Below the pieces are notes generated by a model that saw nothing but the letters and a program-made list of their open reading frames with translations, searched no databases and was not told where the DNA came from. The position numbers and the translations under genes are program-made. From Clostridia bacterium (GTDB lineage: Bacteria > Bacillota > Clostridia > UBA1212 > UBA1255): 50,479 nt of DNA. Location: positions 1 through 50,479 of the forward strand of contig JAGADO010000042.1 in assembly GCA_017613535.1 (NCBI GenBank). The letters run 5' to 3'. Below are positions 47,136 to 50,479 of the stretch, piece after piece (the stretch's first letter is position 1; the number at the start of each line of letters is the position of its first letter).

Positions 47136-49316
47136 TCAATTCGTTAAAGTAAACGATTTCACATATATCGTATCGCCCGCGGTGCAGGCATCGAAATAGT
47201 CAAAGCGGATGCGGTTGACCTTTCCGGTCCAGAATGACAGATCAGACAGTTCGACTCTTACTGTCTCGACTTTCCCCGTCCTTTTCAGCGTCACGCGGGT
47301 GCGTTCGGAACCGTCGGGAGTCGTTTTACTGCCGGTGCAGAGGAACAGGTCGCACTCGTACGTGCTGCGGCTCGCGCTGTTAGGAATCATATACTCGATC
47401 ACTATCGCCGAATAATCTTCAGCCCGAACATTTCCGGAGCCGTAATCGAGCATGACCTGCGGGTCGTGGGCCTCGGTAACGGTGATCTTAAGCGCCTGAT
47501 TTGCATTGTCGTAATTTGCGCTCGTATTGAACAGATTCGCGATCTGCGCGCCGTTGCTGAACACGGACGGATAATCATCGGAAAGTGCGTAATTTGTCGT
47601 ATTAACGCGCATGGAGCTGTAGTTTTTGTGAAGCGATGCGTTATCGGCAAAATCCTTGTTCGCCGTAAATACGGAGCGTATCTCTTCCGTCGAACCGGCT
47701 GTGATCAGGTAGCTGTATTCGATCGGAACGAACGACGTCATTCTGAGCGTCACAAGCGGGGCAACGTAGTTCGTAGGATCTTCGAGAGGCGATTTCGTGC
47801 CGTTGTAATTATACCTTCCGGCGTAAAGCATATCGATATTCGGGACGTACAAACCGAGCCCGAAATCATCCGCGGTCGATACCCACGCGCACCACGTCTC
47901 CGTATTCTTTTCATTGACGAAAAACCGGCACTCATCGGCGTAGCGCGAATCGCCCCAGAAATTGAGGTGTTTGCGTTCGGAAAGCTCTCCTCCGGTCCAG
48001 CCGTCCGCCCCGCTGTACCATACGAAACGATCAAGGTAGCTGACGGTGTAGAATGCGGGCAGTTCCTGGTGCGAGTATCCGTGCTGCCATCCCGAGAAGT
48101 CAACGAAGCGGTTATCAACGCGGATAAATTCTTCCGTGAGCGTATATGTGTTTTCCATGTAGCTCGGCGTGATCTGACCGTTCAGAGACCAGTCCTGCGG
48201 CTGCGATTTGATGTATACAGAATTCAACTTGACTTCAACGTCGATCAGACGGCTTGAATTACCGTATTTGTCGCCGCCCTGGACCGGGTTATACACCCAT
48301 TTCGACCCGTTGAACTCGCCGGGAGTGTATTCCTTGTTCCCCGACGTGCCGTAGTACGACTGCTGTATAAGGCGGCCAGTATCGTGGCGGTTAACAAGGT
48401 TTCCTAGCCCTGATACAGTGCAGTTTTTGTCTTCGATGTAGTTCAGTCCTCCGCCCCACGACAGCTGTATGCCGATCTTGAAGCGGTCGTTTTCAAGATA
48501 GTACAGTTTTGAATCGTAAACGTCGATCCTCTCCGTTTTCACATCGAAGAGCGTGAATCCGGCTTCATCTCCGCCAAGTACGTTGAGCGTGATCGTGCTG
48601 ATATTTTTAGCTGCCGCCCCGCTCAGGTACGAAGAGATGAGACCGCGGAAAACGACTTTGCTGCCTGCTTCGAGGTAGAAATAGTCGCTTTTTTCTTTGC
48701 CGGACTGTACGTATTTGACGTAAACTTTCAGAGGCGAATCGGATGAATACTTTATCGTCAGGCGGTTGAATTCGTTTTTAAACGCACCGTTTTCGAACTT
48801 TAATACCGCGCCGTTTCCGACCCTGTACCCCGTTGAATCGATCTTTCTGAAGTCAAGGCTGTATTCATCTCCGCTTTCGGTCACGAGCGTGTCGGGCGGT
48901 ACCGGCGTTCCTGTCGGAGCGGGAGAAGGCGTGGGCGAAGGTGTCGCAGACGGGGCGGGAGAAGCAGTTTTAACGGGCGTTACGGCCGGTGTAGCGGTCG
49001 GAGGAGGCGTCGGCGTGCCGGTCGCAGGCAAAGGCGTTTCGGTCGCCTGCTGCGTGGCTTCCGTCGCGGGCTGATGAGTTTCGGTCGCTGGCAGCTGCGT
49101 TTCGGCAGCCTGCTGAGTAGCTTCGGTCGCGGGCAAATTCGTCTCAGCCGCCGGCTGAGGCGTGTTCTGTTCAGTGGTCATTGTGGCAGGCACCTCCGTT
49201 GACAATGTCGCCGGTGCTTCCGCATCCGGTGCGCATGATGAAAACAATAAAGACACCGCCAGCACAAACGCCGCGGCACATGCCGTTAATACTGCTTTTG
49301 ATCTGCGCTTTTCCAT
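47136..49316 (-). CDS. Lipoprotein with Pro/Thr/Gln-rich linker, uncharacterised beta-rich core domain and C-terminal CBM-like domain
   Basis: Start moved to ATG 49316 after AAGGAG; lipobox LFSSC; PATE repeats; core with WGGG, NRHDTGRLIQQSYYG, YNPVQGGD, QELPA; C-terminal WTGKVNRIRFD. Confidence 0.7.
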   Translation of the reverse strand: MEKRRSKAVLTACAAAFVLAVSLLFSSCAPDAEAPATLSTEVPATMTTEQNTPQPAAETNLPATEATQQAAETQLPATETHQPATEATQQATETPLPATGTPTPPPTATPAVTPVKTASPAPSATPSPTPSPAPTGTPVPPDTLVTESGDEYSLDFRKIDSTGYRVGNGAVLKFENGAFKNEFNRLTIKYSSDSPLKVYVKYVQSGKEKSDYFYLEAGSKVVFRGLISSYLSGAAAKNISTITLNVLGGDEAGFTLFDVKTERIDVYDSKLYYLENDRFKIGIQLSWGGGLNYIEDKNCTVSGLGNLVNRHDTGRLIQQSYYGTSGNKEYTPGEFNGSKWVYNPVQGGDKYGNSSRLIDVEVKLNSVYIKSQPQDWSLNGQITPSYMENTYTLTEEFIRVDNRFVDFSGWQHGYSHQELPAFYTVSYLDRFVWYSGADGWTGGELSERKHLNFWGDSRYADECRFFVNEKNTETWCAWVSTADDFGLGLYVPNIDMLYAGRYNYNGTKSPLEDPTNYVAPLVTLRMTSFVPIEYSYLITAGSTEEIRSVFTANKDFADNASLHKNYSSMRVNTTNYALSDDYPSVFSNGAQIANLFNTSANYDNANQALKITVTEAHDPQVMLDYGSGNVRAEDYSAIVIEYMIPNSASRSTYECDLFLCTGSKTTPDGSERTRVTLKRTGKVETVRVELSDLSFWTGKVNRIRFDYFDACTAGDTIYVKSFTLTN

Positions 49317-49463
49317 ACGGAAACTCACTCTCCTTACGGACGAAATTATAATTAACAGCCTCTGATATGTCAAATTCCGCGCCTGCCGGATCGCTCCGCC
49401 GCCGTGCCGCAGAAAAACCGCAAAAAATAATTTCAAAAAAGTAAAAAAAGCAGGATTTTCCTG

Positions 49464-49492
49464 TTGTCCCCGCGCTCAAAATATGATACAAT
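49464..49492 (+). promoter_or_regulatory. Putative sigmaA promoter for murA
   Basis: TTGTCC-N17-TACAAT with extended -10 TG. Confidence 0.55.
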
Positions 49493-49601
49493 TCATAACG
49501 TATCGAAGGTCGCGGCCTGTCCTTACTGCAGAGCTACGTGATCAGTACACAAATGCAAATGATAAAACCCTCCCGCGGGGACTATTGAAAGGTGATCTTA
49601 A

Positions 49602-50479
49602 TTGGATAAATTTGTAATCGAAGGCGGCGTTCCGCTTCACGGTGACGTACTTGTCAGCGGCAGTAAAAATGCGGCGGTCGGAATATTGCCCGCGGTCCTG
49701 CTTGCAGATACACCCTGCACCATAGAAAATCTGCCCGATATAGTTGACGTCAGGCTGATGATAGAAATACTCGAAAAGATCGGAGTTGACTGCGTCTGGA
49801 TCGATCCCGAAACCGTAAGGCTTGATCCTAGAAGCGTAAGTTCATCGTCCGCTTTATACGACGTTGTCAGTAAACTCAGAGGTTCGTACTATCTTATGGG
49901 AGCGCTCCTCGGAAGATTCGGACAGATGGAAGTGTCCCTCCCCGGCGGGTGTAATCTCGGCGCGCGTCCGATAGACCAGCATCTTAAAGGTTTTCAGGCT
50001 CTCGGAGTGGATATCAACACTCAGTTCGGTGCGGTAAAAGGAGTCGCTAAGGACGAGTCTGGCAAGCTCATAGGCGCAAATATCTATCTCGATATTGCTT
50101 CCGTCGGTGCCACCATAAACCTAATGCTGGCGTCGGTCAAGGCAGTCGGCCAGACCGTTATCGAAAACTGTGCTAAAGAACCGCACGTCGTTGACGTCGC
50201 AAACTTTCTCAACGCTATGGGAGCTAACGTCCGCGGCGCAGGTACTGACATAATAAAGATCAGCGGTGTCCCATCCCTTCACGGAGGCATCAGCTACTCT
50301 ATAATTCCCGACCAGATCGAAGCGGGCACGTTTATGGTTGCTGCGGCTGTCACGGGCGGGGATGTTACCGTAAAAAACCTCATTCCGAGGCACCAGGAAT
50401 CGCTCACTGCCAAACTCGAAGAGATGAATGTCGGAGTCGAAGAAGGCGAAGACTGGATAAGGATCTTCAAAAAAGGCGA
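49602..50479 (+). CDS. murA: UDP-N-acetylglucosamine 1-carboxyvinyltransferase (partial, runs off window)
   Basis: Not in ORF track. TTG start after AAAGGTG: MDKFVIEGGVPLHGDVLVSGSKNAA...LRGSYYLMGALLGRFG...LPGGCNLGARPIDQHLKG...SVGATIN...AKEP...IIPDQIEAGT. Confidence 0.96.
   Translation, partial: MDKFVIEGGVPLHGDVLVSGSKNAAVGILPAVLLADTPCTIENLPDIVDVRLMIEILEKIGVDCVWIDPETVRLDPRSVSSSSALYDVVSKLRGSYYLMGALLGRFGQMEVSLPGGCNLGARPIDQHLKGFQALGVDINTQFGAVKGVAKDESGKLIGANIYLDIASVGATINLMLASVKAVGQTVIENCAKEPHVVDVANFLNAMGANVRGAGTDIIKISGVPSLHGGISYSIIPDQIEAGTFMVAAAVTGGDVTVKNLIPRHQESLTAKLEEMNVGVEEGEDWIRIFKKG

Noticed and set aside
49493-49601. Structured RNA or riboswitch in the murA leader
   Set aside because: About 105 nt with only a weak hairpin and no motif I recognise.
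50121-50393. 90-aa minus-strand ORF
   Set aside because: Antisense to murA, which the track omitted because it has no stop inside the window.

Overview
About 50 kb of bacterial chromosome that looks like an anaerobic Clostridia-class Firmicute (sigmaA-type promoters, strong GGAGG ribosome-binding sites, many lipobox proteins). Housekeeping genes are hisS, cysE-cysS, trmB, long-form hpf/raiA, a partial murA and tRNA-Val(CAC). Also present: two P-type ATPases, two acyl-CoA ligases, a MATE transporter and two alpha/beta hydrolases. An oxygen-defence cluster (desulfoferrodoxin, FTR-like protein, thioredoxin, class-D-type flavodiiron protein) runs directly into a UmuC-like Y-family polymerase, a YolD-like gene and a J-like-domain gene. 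There is a dense set of lipid-anchored or TM-anchored putative glycan-active surface proteins. I see no transposase, integrase, phage or cas genes. The main unexplained structure is a periodic array of fixed-length palindromic units (TCATAG-N24/25-CTATGA, about 73-84 bp period) at 15070-15420, between two divergent promoters. Other oddities are a tandem pair of 36-bp hairpin repeats at 3806-3885 and a tRNA-Val with two stem mismatches involving its 3' end. All family assignments come from motif recognition by eye; no searches were run.
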